Position numbers and translations under genes: made by a program. The notes beneath the pieces are model-generated. The model was not told the DNA's origin and did no database searches. It saw nothing but the letters and a program-made list of their open reading frames with translations. DNA of 58,070 bases, filler included, from Sluysia triapertura (lineage: Eukaryota), in NCBI GenBank assembly GCA_046118255.1. It is 4 parts of 4 records of this genome, joined end to end, with 100 filler letters (N's around TTAATTAATTAA, not from the genome) between each part and the next. Parts side by side here need not be neighbours in the genome. Positions count along the whole stretch, not along the records: positions 34,098 to 46,733 come from JBJNIA010093009.1; positions 46,834 to 58,070 come from JBJNIA010186958.1; 2 more parts are not named here. One strand, 5' to 3'. Positions 39,907 to 54,459 of this stretch are shown here, piece after piece; the first letter of the stretch is position 1; each line of letters begins with the position of its first letter.

Positions 39907-40699
39907 AATTTCCTTTCAAAAGAATTTTATTTTTAAATGTTAATATAAAAATATATATAATATAAAAATTAAAAGTAAATAAACTATAATTTATATAATT
40001 TATATGCATTATTTTACAAAAAATTATGGAAGAAACAATTCTTCATAACAATTAATTTGAATTGTTCTGTTAGTTATAACAATTTTTTAATTCATTTAAA
40101 CACCGTTGCTAACAAAACTACAAAACCGGAAACGAATAACTAAATAAAAAAGCAAATAAATAATATCAATACAATTATCACTTTCTAAAATTTCTAAACA
40201 TATTTATTTATCTTTTATGAATATTACAAGTTAAAATGGTAAAGTGGAATCCCAAAAAATTTGCATGAGTATTAAAATTTCAAACAATAACGGGTATTTC
40301 CTAAAAATGTAGAAGTATTAAAATCTGAACAATAACGTGAATTCAATAAAAATACGTAAAAATTATTTTCACTATATTAATATTTATTTAAAATATAAAA
40401 TAAAATTCAAAATATTACTCGATAATGGATCTTCCTAACATTAATTGTATCTTTTTATTGAGTTAAAAATTTTCTAAGTATTACCTTTTATACTTTGTGT
40501 CATCCAATCGTCGTTAAACTCACAATTATCAGAATGTCTCTTGAAGATTAGACCGACCATAACAATTTTGACAATTACTTGATATAACCTGTCAAACAGA
40601 ACATAAAAATTCAATTAAAATCGACCATTATTTTTTTTCTACTCTAATCGATATATTTTAAATAAATTACTTCTTACATTAAAATAGCATATATTATTA

Positions 40700-41668
40700 T
40701 CATCATACTTAAAATGATGGATTTAACTTTAGTTTTCGGAAATCAATTAATTTTCACTTCCCCAAAGTCAATTTTCTAATGGAAAATATTTAAGAATCTC
40801 GTTCCAAACACACAATCTCACAAGCATTTCAGCCTCATTTTCGAATTTTCCTGTTTAATAGCAACTATTTCACATTCAATTCATCATCTTTTCATCATTC
40901 TAAATATGAAAAATTCAACATTTTTTAATTAAAAATTTATTAAAATTAATTAAATAAGGAGGTTTTCTTCGCACGAACTCGGTCAAACCTAAGCAGAAGA
41001 TCTCTCTAATACGCATATATTCCCAGTTACAATTTTAATATGACATTCTGCATTCAGAAGTTAAAAAATAATTTTTCTTAATTAACATTTTAATTAATTA
41101 ATTAATTATTCTAACTTAATTTTATTTTATGTTTAATGGTTTTACTATGATTATAAAGTTTTTAAGGCTCTCAGAGGGTTCTATATGTTTTCACCTTTAC
41201 CATTCTGATTCATTTTCCTACTTTTTTATGTTAATTATTAATGTATCAAATTTATCTTAAATATCATTAACAATTATTTTAATTCTTGAACATTATAAAG
41301 GTTTCAAACATTTTACAAAATTACTCGAAGGTCCCAAAAGTTTAAAAATGTCTCGAAGGTCCTCAAACGTTCCAAGAGATCAATTAGGTATCAAATGATC
41401 CTAAAGTTCAGAAGTTCCGATGTATCTTCATACTTAAAACATCTTTCCAAATCCTTCTTAAGCCTTCATAAGGTTCTTTGGAACTTAAATTTATTCTTCG
41501 GTTTCAAAATGACTGTAATCATTTTCTTCTTCATCATTCTTGCTCTAGCATTATTTAATTTTGTTTATATTATTATGTTTCATATATTTTCTACCACTTT
41601 TTCTTACATACTTTAAATGATCTAAACTTTTAGCCTATTTTCTATTCACGAACTGGGAAATCCTAATA
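40700..41668 (+). mobile_element. R1 near-full-length diverged copy
   Basis: Colinear with 56470-57550 (GAACTCGGTCAAAC; TGTTTTCACCTT..TCTGATTC); ends GGGAAATCCTAATA. Confidence 0.7.
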
Positions 41669-41669
41669 G

Positions 41670-41790
41670 AATGTTGTATTTTTCTGACTTAGAATGATGA
41701 AAAGACAATAAATTGAATGTGAGATGATTGCTATGAAAGAGGAGAATCTGGGTGTGGTTTGTTTGAGAATCGGAAAATTGGAAATCGGAA
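41670..41790 (-). mobile_element. R1 inverted fragment
   Basis: GAGATGATTGCTATGAAAGAGGAGAATCT..GTTTGAGAAT matches 278-345. Confidence 0.7.
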
Positions 41791-44700
41791 ATGAATTGAA
41801 TTCTAAAAATCAAAATTGAATTTATTATTTTTGCGCATGCTAACAATACTTGTAATTGGAATTTTAATGTGATAAATAATTTAAGTAAATGAAGATTGAG
41901 TAGAATTATGTACCCAATAAAGTTGGACAGGCCGTACCATGAAATTGTCAAAGTTATTATTGTCGGTTTAATTCTCAATGAATGCTATGATGATTTGAGT
42001 AAGATAATGTTTGATTTTAAAACTCAAGAATGATTGAGTGTTGAGAAAGTATAAAATGGATTACTTAAAGGTTTTACATCACAATAAATGACAAGAGAAG
42101 TAGTGGATACAAAGTGATTCTTTGATGACTGAAGATCCATGAATTAGGTAAAATTTTAATTTTATTATTTTAATTTTATTTACTTATGTTTTTAAGTAAT
42201 TTTAATTACGTTCATGCATTACTACCTGAATTTTAAATATTATATATATTAATTAATTCTAGATCCATGCGTCGATGAAAATTTTATTTTATTTTATTAT
42301 TTGAATATTTTTATCCTGAATAATTTTGTTTTCGGGAAAGCATTTTTAGTAAAGGGTAATTTTATTGTTGTTGCGTAACTCTTGGTTCATATTTTAAATT
42401 ATTGTATTGCTAACATTATTTTAAAACTACTTGTTAATTACCAAGTTTTAATTTATATAGATAACAGTACATAAATATTTTAAGTGCTCCGAATATTAGA
42501 CTTTTTATTAAGATTTATTGTAAGGTTAGTTGGATTTTCTTATTTCAATTGTGCAGTTACAATATTTATATTATATTGAGAATAATTAAGTTTGATTTTA
42601 TTCTGATTTGTAAAAATTTTGAATTTAAAGTTAATATAGAAAATTTTAATCAGATTAAAGATTTAAGATTATTAAAGTCGAAACAATAATTCACCCTATC
42701 TTTCATATTCGTAACAATGATGTAATAACAAAATCAAATGAATCCAAAATTTCGATATATTTTCAATAAAATATACAAATTCTCAGTATTCATTAGTTTC
42801 GAATTAATCTTAATTATCTGTTATGTCTTTTACATATTTACTTTAATTTATCAAATTACAACCCAATAACTAAACAAATTCGCAATCTCGATTTATTCTT
42901 TAATAAAAACACAATTATTCAATACACCTCTATTATACAGATAAAACAGATTTTTCTTTAATAACAAAATGTCTTTTATTATCATCTTAAAAATAATAAA
43001 CCTTTTAATATTAAAACATCACTATCAAGTGTGACAGAACACAAATAAGGTAAATGTTGACCTCCGTATTAACTAAATTATAATAAATGAAAAACATGCT
43101 ACTAACCCTTTTTCCTCAATTTCACCGTTTAGGCAGCGTCCCTAAAGCTAAAAGTTTTAAATTTCTTTATTGTATTTTCATACTTTCGTTTTATTATTTT
43201 TTTCTGATTTTGTGCAAAAATATGACTGCTTATGCAGCAGTTTTACGATAATTTTTGGGAAATTGAAAATTGGACAAGACGAAAAATAAAACTGTTCATT
43301 GTTTTAGTCGGCGTTAAGCCGACCAATTTTACTGATTAAATTTCGACAGTAATTTCCTCCTGTATTATTATCTAAAGACAATGGGATTTGTGGTAAACAA
43401 ATATCTTTTCAATATCATTAAATTAACATTTAATATCATTATTAATATCATATTGCTATTGTATCAATAACACAATTTATTAACATAAATTAAGAATAAA
43501 ATTAATCAAGCAATAAATTTATTTTTCATAGAAATCTTTGATATAATATGCTGTATAATAAGTTGCACGTCAAGTTCAATAATATATTTGGATTAGTATC
43601 ATCTTTATAAACATCAATTTAATATATACTTTATTAATGTTTAAACATCGGAACTTATTTAACTTTAGTTTTAAATCATAAAAACTAATTAAAATAACTA
43701 ATTTTACGCCATCTGCGTTGTCGTGCTTCATAAAACTTTATCATTAAAAATACAAATAAAATTAATTATTATACACTAAATCTAATATTATTTTATGATG
43801 ACCAAACATTTTTTATTAAGTTATCAAATTAAACAATTTTTAATTAAAGTAATTAACAACTGTACTTTAATATTTTAATTCATTAAGACTGTTCATTTTT
43901 AAAGAGTATTAATTAACACTAAATTTTATTATTAGAGATTTTGTAAATTTTAATTACTACAAAAATTTATAATAAACTTTTATCGATGTAAATATTAATT
44001 TTAAGGAATTAATATTATTATTTATCATCCATTATTATAAAGAAAAGTCTAATACTACTAATGTTATATTATTTGAATTTTATATTGAAAGTATTTTTTA
44101 CAACGAAAAAATATGGTATATGCATATTTTAACAATTACGTTAAAACATTTGCAATTTCTTGATAAACACATTATTGTATTTTGTAATTTTTGCTTTAAA
44201 CATTTTATACTCAAACTTTAGTAATAATTAATTGGCTATTTAATATATTTTCATTTCATTTGGTATATTTTGAAAAATAACCGAACTATTAATAGCATTT
44301 CTCTTAAAAATTAAATTGTGTTACACTTAGATTATATAAATGAGAAATTGAACAAAGAAATCTTAACGAACTCTTCTTTCTTGCCTAGTTAATCCCAAGA
44401 AAATCAAACAAATAAATCTTAAGAATCGTATTGACAATTTAAATAGATTTAACAAATCTTAAACTATATCACACAATAAATATTTGAATTTCTTTATAAT
44501 GAATTCAAAAATATTATGAACAGATCCTTTTAGATCAGATTCAAATTAAAAAATTTATTTAAACTCGCAATAATTAGCGGAAAGAGAAGCAACAATTATC
44601 TTTCAACTCCAGTACTGGCATTTTTCTTTAAACACTGACATCTGTATATCGGCCCTTAAGTATGTAAGCCGGTATCATAGAGGACTCACACATATAAATA

Positions 44701-45254
44701 CATAAATAAAAATATATTAAAATTTTATGTTCATTTTACAAACCAAAATTCTCACATTATGCTCACATTAAGCACAAAATGTTAGTACCTGTATTAATAT
44801 AACAAAAGTGTAAGTCAAGTAACCTAAATAATACAAAAATCTCACCTACAAAGTTTGGTCAATTGCTAAAGATAAAGTTTCGATCGCAATGTTTACCATG
44901 AGAGCGTTGAAGCAGCAAGCAAAGTTGAATATTTATTCAATTTTTGTTTTTCTCTGAATTCATCCTGTTTTAAATATGCTTCTCAACTTATTTATGATAA
45001 TAAAGTAGCTACTTTATTATTGATTTTCTTAAATTTGTAAAGACTGAATTAAAGTAATTGTAAAAGTAATATGAATTTGAGTTTGATCACAATTTGGAGA
45101 AAAAGATTTTTTTCATTATTAAAGATTTTTTAATTTAAATTATGCTTTTTTAAAAAGTTTTAAAAAATGATTCAGACTGTTTCACAAATTATTTATTTAT
45201 ACTTTATCAAAAGTAAGGTTATTTGACCTTTAATGCTGAATACTACGTTAATGT

Positions 45255-45335
45255 GATTTGTACTTAATAATTATAGATTTGTACTTAATAATTATAGATT
45301 TGTACTTAATAATTATAGATTTGTACTTGATAATA
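45255..45335. repeat. 21-bp tandem repeat
   Basis: GATTTGTACTTAATAATTATA x3 plus a partial copy. Confidence 0.9.
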
Positions 45336-47099
45336 ATAAAATTTTAATAATACTGTAGTAAATTTAATAATTAATAATACAATAATATTAATAATAATAA
45401 TTCTAACAATAATAATAATGATTAAAATACTAATTAAAAACCATTTTTCTTAAAATATTACATTTCATTTTTCTAAAACATATTTTCAAGAAAACATATA
45501 ATTACATTTTTTATACATTAATTACGTAACAGACATTTACAACATAAATAATTAAAATACAAAAAAATGATTTAAAATAATTTATATTGGAAAATCAATT
45601 AAACTAATGATTTTGTAAAAATAAAATACATTCATGGATTTACACAAAATATTTATTTAAACGAAATATTCATTACACTAATGCGTTAATAAAAAGATAT
45701 ATTAGTCGAGTATTGACGATTTTTTGACTCAAAAGATTTTTGATAACACAAATCCCACGACTAATTCAACTCATTAATATTTTTGGTATTTGATATCAAT
45801 AATCATTCCATGCGTTACTTAGTTGTTTTGCTCTGTCATTCCGATTTATCATCCTGATTCCACGCATTGCGCCGTGGAATATTCATAGTCAATTATTATT
45901 AATATTAAGTAGTAAGTTTGTGCTGATTAATATTTACCCTTAAGAAGAGATAAAATCAACGTAAAATATTGTAATTTAAATATTTGCTCTGCGCCAACAA
46001 TAAAAGTCTTGTAAAATCATCCATTTTTAATAAAGCCATTCAATTTTATTGTTTTAATAATACTATTATATTGATTAAAATTTTTTGCTCGAGTAGTCAA
46101 TTTGATAATTAAATTGTGTTTAAATTTTGTAAATTTTAATCGATAATTAATTTTGACTAAATTTCGTATACACGTAAGTAAATTTAATAAGTAAATTTTG
46201 ATTATATAATTCTTTGTTTTCGATTAATTTGTCTATTTAGTTCTTTTGATAAATTTGTTTGTATTATACAACTTGTTATTTAATTCTTTCAATACATTTG
46301 TCTATATTTTACAATTTGTTATTTAATTCTTTTAATAAATTTGTTTTTCGTTACTAAATAAAATGACCGTTATTTTGATACCTAATAGGCACTTATACAT
46401 TCTGTTTTTGGTATAAGTTAATAAGTCATTGATTAAGTTCCTTTAATTTTAAGAAACAAATAAATAAACATTAATAGTATTAGAAACCCACAAAATAAAC
46501 TATTTAAACAAACACAGTCTATTTAAAGGTAAATTTGTCGATAATTTCTCGTTAATAATTTAGTGTAAGATATAAGAGATTTAGCCTCATTGAAATTAAA
46601 CAAATTTTGAATTTATCTTCAGAGTTCTTGCCCCGTAAGACGTAATCTACAAGCGGACCCATTAAAACTAAATTTTGCAAGTTGGTGAGCTTCAAAAATA
46701 GTCAGTGTAAATTGTATTGGTTTTCCTGTTATTNNNNNNNNNNNNNNNNNNNNNNNNNNNNNNNNNNNNNNNNNNNNTTAATTAATTAANNNNNNNNNNN
46801 NNNNNNNNNNNNNNNNNNNNNNNNNNNNNNNNNACATCCTTTCTAATTAATTATTTTTCAATTATTACAATTATTATAATTATTATGATTATTATTTATA
46901 ATTATTACAAGGAATTATTATTTTTCAACAAATTATTAACAACACCTTTTTACAAATTATTATTTACACAAGAAAAAATGAAAACAATATATAATTTTTC
47001 AGTTCTCGGAAAACAGTAATTAAATTCATGCATAAGTAATTTTTCTTGTAATAAGTTTAATAATCTCACGATAATTTCGAATATTTAAAATATACTTAA

Positions 47100-47650
47100 T
47101 TTTTCTAACCTTGTCTAGACCGTAAAAGGCTAAATTAATTTTCATTCAAAATATTAAAAGATACTAACTGATTTAACATCCCTTAAGTATTTTTAAAATA
47201 AATATTTTTATTTATTATTTTGGTTATACAAATGTATATAAGTTTTAATTTACTTTAAGCTTTAAAATAAACCTTACTAGTTATTTGGTGCTTTTTAGAT
47301 TTTATTAGGGAAAATAAAATTATCAGTGTAAACTAGACCGTATCAGTCAAGTTAAACCTTCTCGAAAAACTTAAAATTACTACACCGCAAAAGGCTAGTT
47401 CAACTAAACTTCATACTAGACCTTACAAAGGCTGGTTCAAATGAATCCTAACACTAGATCATAATACGACTAATTAATCTAAAGCAAAATATTTTCATAA
47501 TTTACCATATAAGTGAATCTTGTAAACAGTTTACTTAACCTTTGCTGAGTAATTCTTTTGAAATTCGCTTTAAATCCTAATAACACGTCTTCCACGTTGA
47601 TATAAACCGTGTGTATTAGGTGAATTTGACCTTCAATTTTGTAAGATTAA
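47100..47650 (-). repeat. R3 inverted copy
   Basis: TATAAACCGTGTGTATTAGGTGAA is the reverse complement of the 31690-31720 motif; repeated CTAGACC. Confidence 0.65.
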
Positions 47651-48689
47651 GAATAAGTTGAGCTTCTCTTCATACAAAAATCGTGCAAATGCCTTATTTG
47701 TTAAAATATTAAAGTACATTTATTAATTAATTTAATTAAAAATTGTTTAATTTAATAATTTCGTGAAAAAATGTTTGTAGATGGTAAAATAACATTAGAA
47801 TTAGTATTAGAATTTTATTAATATTCTTAATGATGAAATGTTACGAAGCAGATAACGTAAAAATTAGTTATTTTAATTAGTTTTATAATCTAAAATTAAA
47901 TTTAAATATGTTGTAATATTTAAGTATAATTTAAGTATATATTAAATTTATGCTCATGAAAATATCGACGCGCAACGTAGTCTTGATGCATGTTGCATTA
48001 AATAAAAGATGTTATAGAAAAGAAATTTGTTATTATATTACTGTTAATACGGGCGATAACACTTATCACCCCTGAATTTTTATAGATTTAGTATAAAAGA
48101 CAGTGATTTGAATTTATATATTGAAGGTCTATTGTTATAAAAAAGTAGTTGATAGTTTATTGTGATAATTGAAAAACATATTTAGATTTACTGCTTTAAT
48201 GTATAAGAAAGTGATTTATAATTTTGAATATGTTGTGATTCAATTTAAATGATATATTTAAAGTTTTTGAAAAAAGACGCAACAAATAGAAGACCAAAAA
48301 TCTTCTACAGTTATAACTTATTATCGATATTAAAATTCTTTTTAATATTGTTGTATTGAATATTAATTTGAGTTTTGTTTAAGTCCAGGATATTAGATCC
48401 CTCAGTAAAATACTAAAATCTTAACAGTCATCCATAAGCGCTTGCACTAATAGATAGTTAAAAGATTTGTTTATATTCATCTCATAAATCAATATTAAAA
48501 ACATTAAAGTCGAATAAGGTAGAAATTGCAATAAACGTCAGCGAAAACATCTACAGTTACGTCTCTAAGTTAATAGTATAAATCGCAAACTACAGGCAAA
48601 ACCTTACATTCATTTTGCAAAAGTTAAAGAATATGTAAGACTTGCACTTTCAATTTAGAAATATAATTAATATACATTCATATAATTTA

Positions 48690-48858
48690 CGAGTGTTTCT
48701 TCTTCTTGTCTTTTTCGTCTAAGTCCATCTTTTTCGTCATTATCCTCATCATTTATTCCTATTCTTGAAAATTCATTTATAAATCCATCATGTATAAATA
48801 CTTGCAGTGTTTATTAGAAATTTATTGGGACATATATATCCCAGTAGGATTGAAAGGG
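48690..48858 (-). mobile_element. Single piggyBac-like end
   Basis: TTAA-CCCTTTCAATCC on the minus strand with subterminal near-palindrome TGGGATATATATGTCCCA, then an acidic frame. The partner end was not found. Confidence 0.35.
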
Positions 48859-49120
48859 TTAATACGTAAATATCACACTGCATTTTACATTATTAAATAT
48901 AAATTTGAAAAAAACAATACAAAGTAACAAATTACCATTTATTATTAAATGACAAAAAATTTCCAATGAGCCATAAATTGTATATTGATTTTAGTTTTGT
49001 AAATATGAAAATAACCAATAAAATTATACTGGCATTTAAATTGATCAGGTATGCATGTTGCTACTATATTTGGAGTGGATATTATGTGCATATTGTTAGT
49101 GAAAGTTAGTATTTACTTCT

Positions 49121-49272
49121 TCAATCTCGATCTAAAAGCGTTGTTTTTACAATACGTTCAGTTACTAAATAAGGATCACAGTTTGACGCCGGGCGACGAT
49201 CTTCCAAATATCCACAACCATCTTCACTTACTTGACGAGGAATTCGAATTGAAGCGCCACGGTTTGCCACTC
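49121..49272 (-). CDS. GLUL: Glutamine synthetase (GSII), terminal exon
   Basis: [50 protein letters not shown], with AAG acceptor. It is missing from the ORF track. Confidence 0.95.
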
Positions 49273-50419
49273 CTTTAGATATAAAATAAAATAAAATCAT
49301 ATTACTTTTTTATTTATGAAACAAATTCTGAATTATTTTTAAATGCTATTTATAAATTATAAACAAAGTAAAAACATTGAATATTTGATTTGTCTCAAGA
49401 ATGATCCAATTGAATGTATGGATAATATTTAGTGAAACTAAATGCATGACAGATCCAATAAAATGAATGTCTCCAGTAACATAATACTGCAGTTACGAAT
49501 CAAAGAAAATTTCATAATAATTAGAGAAAATATTCAATGGTAAAAATCTTCTTTTAATTAACTACCAATGGAGATTTAAAAAAACTAAACGTGATTAGAA
49601 GACAAAATTAAATATTATGCTTTTGACATTACATCTTATACCTTCTTCTTCTTCATTCATGATAATCATTAGCAATTCCAATGAGTTTTATTGTTGGAAT
49701 ATAATATAAATTTCCTCATTGGAAATACTTATGATTACAACTTATCTATATAATAATTTTTTCTTTAAATTTTCTTAATATAAACGAATATAATACAATT
49801 TATTACCATTAAAATAATCGATGGTACTATCAAATTTGTTAATTAAAATGTTTCATTCATAATTTACTTAATGTTATTGAAAGACAAAAATGCATTAACA
49901 AAAAAATTAAAATTATATCGAGATTTTAATATATAAAATGCATATTTAAAATTAAACCAAAATTAAAATACAATTTGATCAAAATACAAATCCTGATAAT
50001 TAAAAGTATAAATATAATCATAAACCAAAAGTACTACTAACTACAAGTAGGATGACTACTTTAAGCGAACTGTTTCTGTATTGTGAAGTGAAGTCTGAAC
50101 TTAAGGAGTTAAAAGTACACATTTTAATACTTATCATAAATTGAAGCTTCAAACCTCTATAGCCAAATAATATATCGAGTAATAAAATAAAATTCAGTAC
50201 ACAGTACAATAAAAAGTACCAAGCATAATTTTATAAATTTCATTTTGTTTAATTATTAATTTAGTCATTTAATAATCACATTTATTAATTGTTAAATCCA
50301 AATAAAACGTGTTTAAGTTATTCAAGATAAAACTAAATAATATTCTTCATATTTACAGATAGTACTGTCCGTAATGTTTCAATCAACAATTTACTTGTTT
50401 GTGAATCTGGATACTTTGG

Positions 50420-50750
50420 CAATCTCATAAAATTCATCACACCTCATCACATAAAAACATTTCACATATACACAGATCATTAAATAAACTACTAAACTCA
50501 TTCAAAAAACAAACATAACCATTGCACATAATTGTCATGAACTACAGCTATCGTTATTGCAATTCAAATCGTATTACAATACAAAATAATTATAGTCATT
50601 ATTGTCATAATATGATTATCAAATAATAACTTTTATAATAAATTACATACTAAATTTCATACTAAATTTCATATCAACATCGACAATGCCATTATTAATA
50701 AACATAATAACCACGTTATTGTTATCATTATTATTTCTTTTATCCTTAGT
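50420..50750 (+). repeat. R2 internal fragment (same orientation as copy A)
   Basis: CA-rich; CTAAAC..ATTGCACATAAT shared with 12820-12875. Confidence 0.5.
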
Positions 50751-51964
50751 ATCAATCTTTCACCAAAGAATTTAATATTTTATAACATTCAACGTGAATA
50801 TTTTTTTAAATATAATTTATTAAATGAATGAAATAAGATAATAATATTTAATCTATATTTCAATATTGAATTAATTTTACAGCATAAATTCAAGATTTGG
50901 TTTATACCTGAAAATAGAATTTCATTTTAAAAAAAATTAATATTTTGGTTATATGTTCTCGTATTTATCATTGACTCATATTCATATTTGTCTCATGCTT
51001 ATCATTATAGTATTTCGAAATTTGTATGATTCAATATATGGTAAAATTTTCGCGAATTTTAGTATTTTAAAATTTATTCAATTGAATATTTTATGCTTGA
51101 CATTTTTTGGTACTTATATATCAACAGTTTATATAATAAAATTTGGACGATTAGTGCTGTTATACTCTTATACTGTAAGAACATTTTTACGTTTTATTTC
51201 AGTGTTTTATTGTGTTATAAATAAAGGTTTAAATTTTATCGTTTTTGTTAAATCGTTAATCGAGTTCACGTGATTCAACCATTATCGAATATTTCATTAA
51301 CCCGTTTTTTCTGAGGTTCCATAACTTCTTTAATATCAAATGATCGTAATATTTATGCTAAATAAAAATACAAGAGTTATACCGGATGACTTACAATCTC
51401 AGTCTTGTCAATTTGTAAATTGCTTGCTTAATTGTAAAAATTCCGAAGAACTAATTAACATCGTACTTCAAGATATTGAAAAAGAATTATATAATTATAT
51501 TTTCCAGAATAATAGTGATACAAAAACTTTTTGTAGTTAATCTTATATTAAAGGATAAAGACGCATTAGAGCTATAACACCAAAATTCTAGAGATGTAAC
51601 AAACAATACGTTACGTCATGTAAACGATTTCACATCACACCAAAAAGGAAAAGAATTTAAAAATTTTACATTAATTAAGGGTTCCGTTGATCAAGAAAAT
51701 TTTAAAATAGTTACTGACTCTTTCGAAAATAAAACTAAATTAAAGATAGAAAAAATGCCATGTAAACGTAGTGCAGTTGTACCTAACTATTCACTTCCGA
51801 ATAAACAAATAAATTATGTATTAAGATTTATAGACGAAAATAGAGTAATAAAGAAATAGAAAACGAAACAAAGAATTAAAAGTAAAATTTATGTACTTTA
51901 TGTTATTATTATTGTTGTCACCATCACTATTACGTTAATTTAAAAAAATCAATTTTAATTTCTG

Positions 51965-53450
51965 TCATTTGGTGACATTAATTGTGTGTATGTCATAATG
52001 TGATTTTGGTATTGTTTGATTGTGGGTTATTAGATTTATGGGACTCCAATTTGATAGTTTTATATTCTTTATTGATTTTAATTTTAAGTCAAATAAAACT
52101 TTACTTGAATTATTAAATGTAGAATCTTTTAAATTATTACATGTCTTATCATTAGAAAATTGCAAAACATAATCAAAAACAAGTTTACAATTATACTTTT
52201 ATTAAACATTATTACATAAAAAATTTTTAATTTTTTTGTTCTTATTCCACGAATGTCACGACCCATTTTTGAAAGTTGAGTCTAAAATAAAATGAAAATT
52301 TAGGTTATATACAGAGTGAACAAAAGAAATAATTACATTATGCGGATCCCATGAGAAGTGTAACGTCCAAGCGAATATGTTTCGGTTTTTAAACAGAAAA
52401 TAGTCAGTATATTTAATTTTAATAGAATTAAATCTGGTATTATTTTTGAATACATAAACTTCTAGTAGATACTCAAACATGTTTTTGCGTAAATTCCATA
52501 CGGATATTTTACCATTCATGAGTTGTGATAACATCGTGATAATATCATTAATATAATTAAGATAATGAGCAATTTTACTCGATTTATCTTTTTTGGACTT
52601 GGTATAAACAATGTTTATTTTATGATTCAAAACTTTCGATAAAACTAACAAATTTAAAACGTATATAAAAAACAGATGAATGACTGTAAACATAAGATTA
52701 ATAGTTTTGTTGTAATTGTCAGAATGAATGAGATCACTTACCGCATGATGTACAGAGTTACCACTAACATTTATTTTATTGTTACTATTCAACGCGAAAT
52801 AAAATAAATAACTACGATACGTTATTATTGATTCATTACAAAAAGATGTAAAATGATCGATTAAATATGCCACACTTGGCAAAACATTGTCTTGTGTTAT
52901 ATACTTTACATTATCTTTACCGTAATGCAGATAATATCATTGTCACGACTGTAGCCTTCAGAAAATCAATCCAGATAATCATAAATTCTTCGACGTTATT
53001 CATTTGACTTGATGTAGTAGTACTCCTTTTCTCTTTGGGCATATTCTCTACAAGTAATTGAGAATCGAAAAATATATATCTAACTAGAACGTTCGTTATT
53101 AATAACTGAACTTGCTCTTTAAAAAACAACAAATGATTACTAAATTTATAAATTATATCCAATGATACAAAACTATAAAATTTAAACGATTCTTTTATCA
53201 ATTCTAAAACTGAAACTATATGTCCTGGATTGCGTATGAGAATTGAATAGTGTCGTTGTAACACTCAAAATTGATACATTTAAATCTTTCAAGTACGTCA
53301 ACTACTAGTAAACTAATTAATTCGCTGGTACGAAAGAAAATTCCATTAAGAAATTAGATATTTGGCAAATAGAATATTGTTCTCTAAATAACTTTTTAAT
53401 TTCATTTAATTGTGATTTTTCATCCATGTGGCATTAATTTTTGTAACTTT
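51965..53450 (-). pseudogene. Unknown gene, broken into several ORFs (115, 208, 66 aa)
   Basis: Adjacent minus-strand ORFs separated by stops and a frameshift; no family recognised. Confidence 0.45.
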
Positions 53451-53549
53451 TCTATATTCTCAACAATTACCGTACTTGTAATGATCTGATCAGCTGCAGA
53501 AAAAATTGTGTGACAACTTCAGAATTTCTAAGATGTATATTGTTCTGAT

Positions 53550-54459
53550 TTGCTGTCCAGTCAGGTGTAAAATTTAATAATCAGTACAGCACTGATTGGA
53601 CAGTGAATATTGAAAATAATTAAGATAATCAAGTGATGAGCCACCATCAGTACTGACACAAATCTATTTACAGTAATGAGCAATGTCAGTACTGGTGATG
53701 GTAGATACAATTTTTATGATTGAATAAAATTATAAAATTTAATGTTAATAATAACAATAATGTTGCTGTTATTATTAACACATGAATTCCTTGTATATTC
53801 CACACGAACATTCTTTTTCTTTAATTTCTGACATTTTGAATTCAAACTGAAAATAATTAATTGAGTATAATAACAATAATAATAAGAGGAACGATGCTAT
53901 AATTATTATGGTTATTAAACTACATAAATTCTTAAATTCTTTTAAAACTGAACAGGATCTTGCTCTAAATGCTTTAGATTTGTAAACATATTTGAAACTA
54001 AAAAATCTTTAAGTAAAGGTTGATTAAAGTGAATGTGAAAAAGATAAATTATAGTACAAATTATAGTATATTTGAAAGGTTATTATTCAATGTTGATAAT
54101 ATGATTTGTTCTCTTTCTATTTTTAAGTGATATTGTCTTTTGTGCTGTTAGGGATTGTGTGATAACAAATGATGAATTTAAAATGTTGAAATTGATTCGA
54201 AGGTGTCGGGTGGCTAATTACGGATATGGTTGTAATTTGAGTGTTATGAATGTTGAGTAACATATTTTTGATGGATCTATTGATGTAAATTGATGGTATT
54301 GGATGTAGGTGTGATTTGTATATTAAGAGATTGTGAAAATGACTTGATTTTGGTAGATGAACTGTTTTAGTAGGTGTATAGAAGGTAAGCATGTACATAT
54401 TAGGGTGAAGAGGATTATTTTTAAGAAAATTTCTATAACATTAAAGGTTGACCACCACA
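53550..54459 (-). mobile_element. R2 repeat copy C
   Basis: Hairpins at 53553-53603 and 53641-53701; body aligns with copy B; ends GACCACCACA. Confidence 0.75.

Noticed and set aside
45255-45335. CRISPR-like regular repeats
   Set aside because: Head-to-tail copies with no spacers in eukaryotic DNA: a minisatellite.
49051-49278. 75-aa plus-strand ORF
   Set aside because: Antisense shadow of the glutamine synthetase exon.
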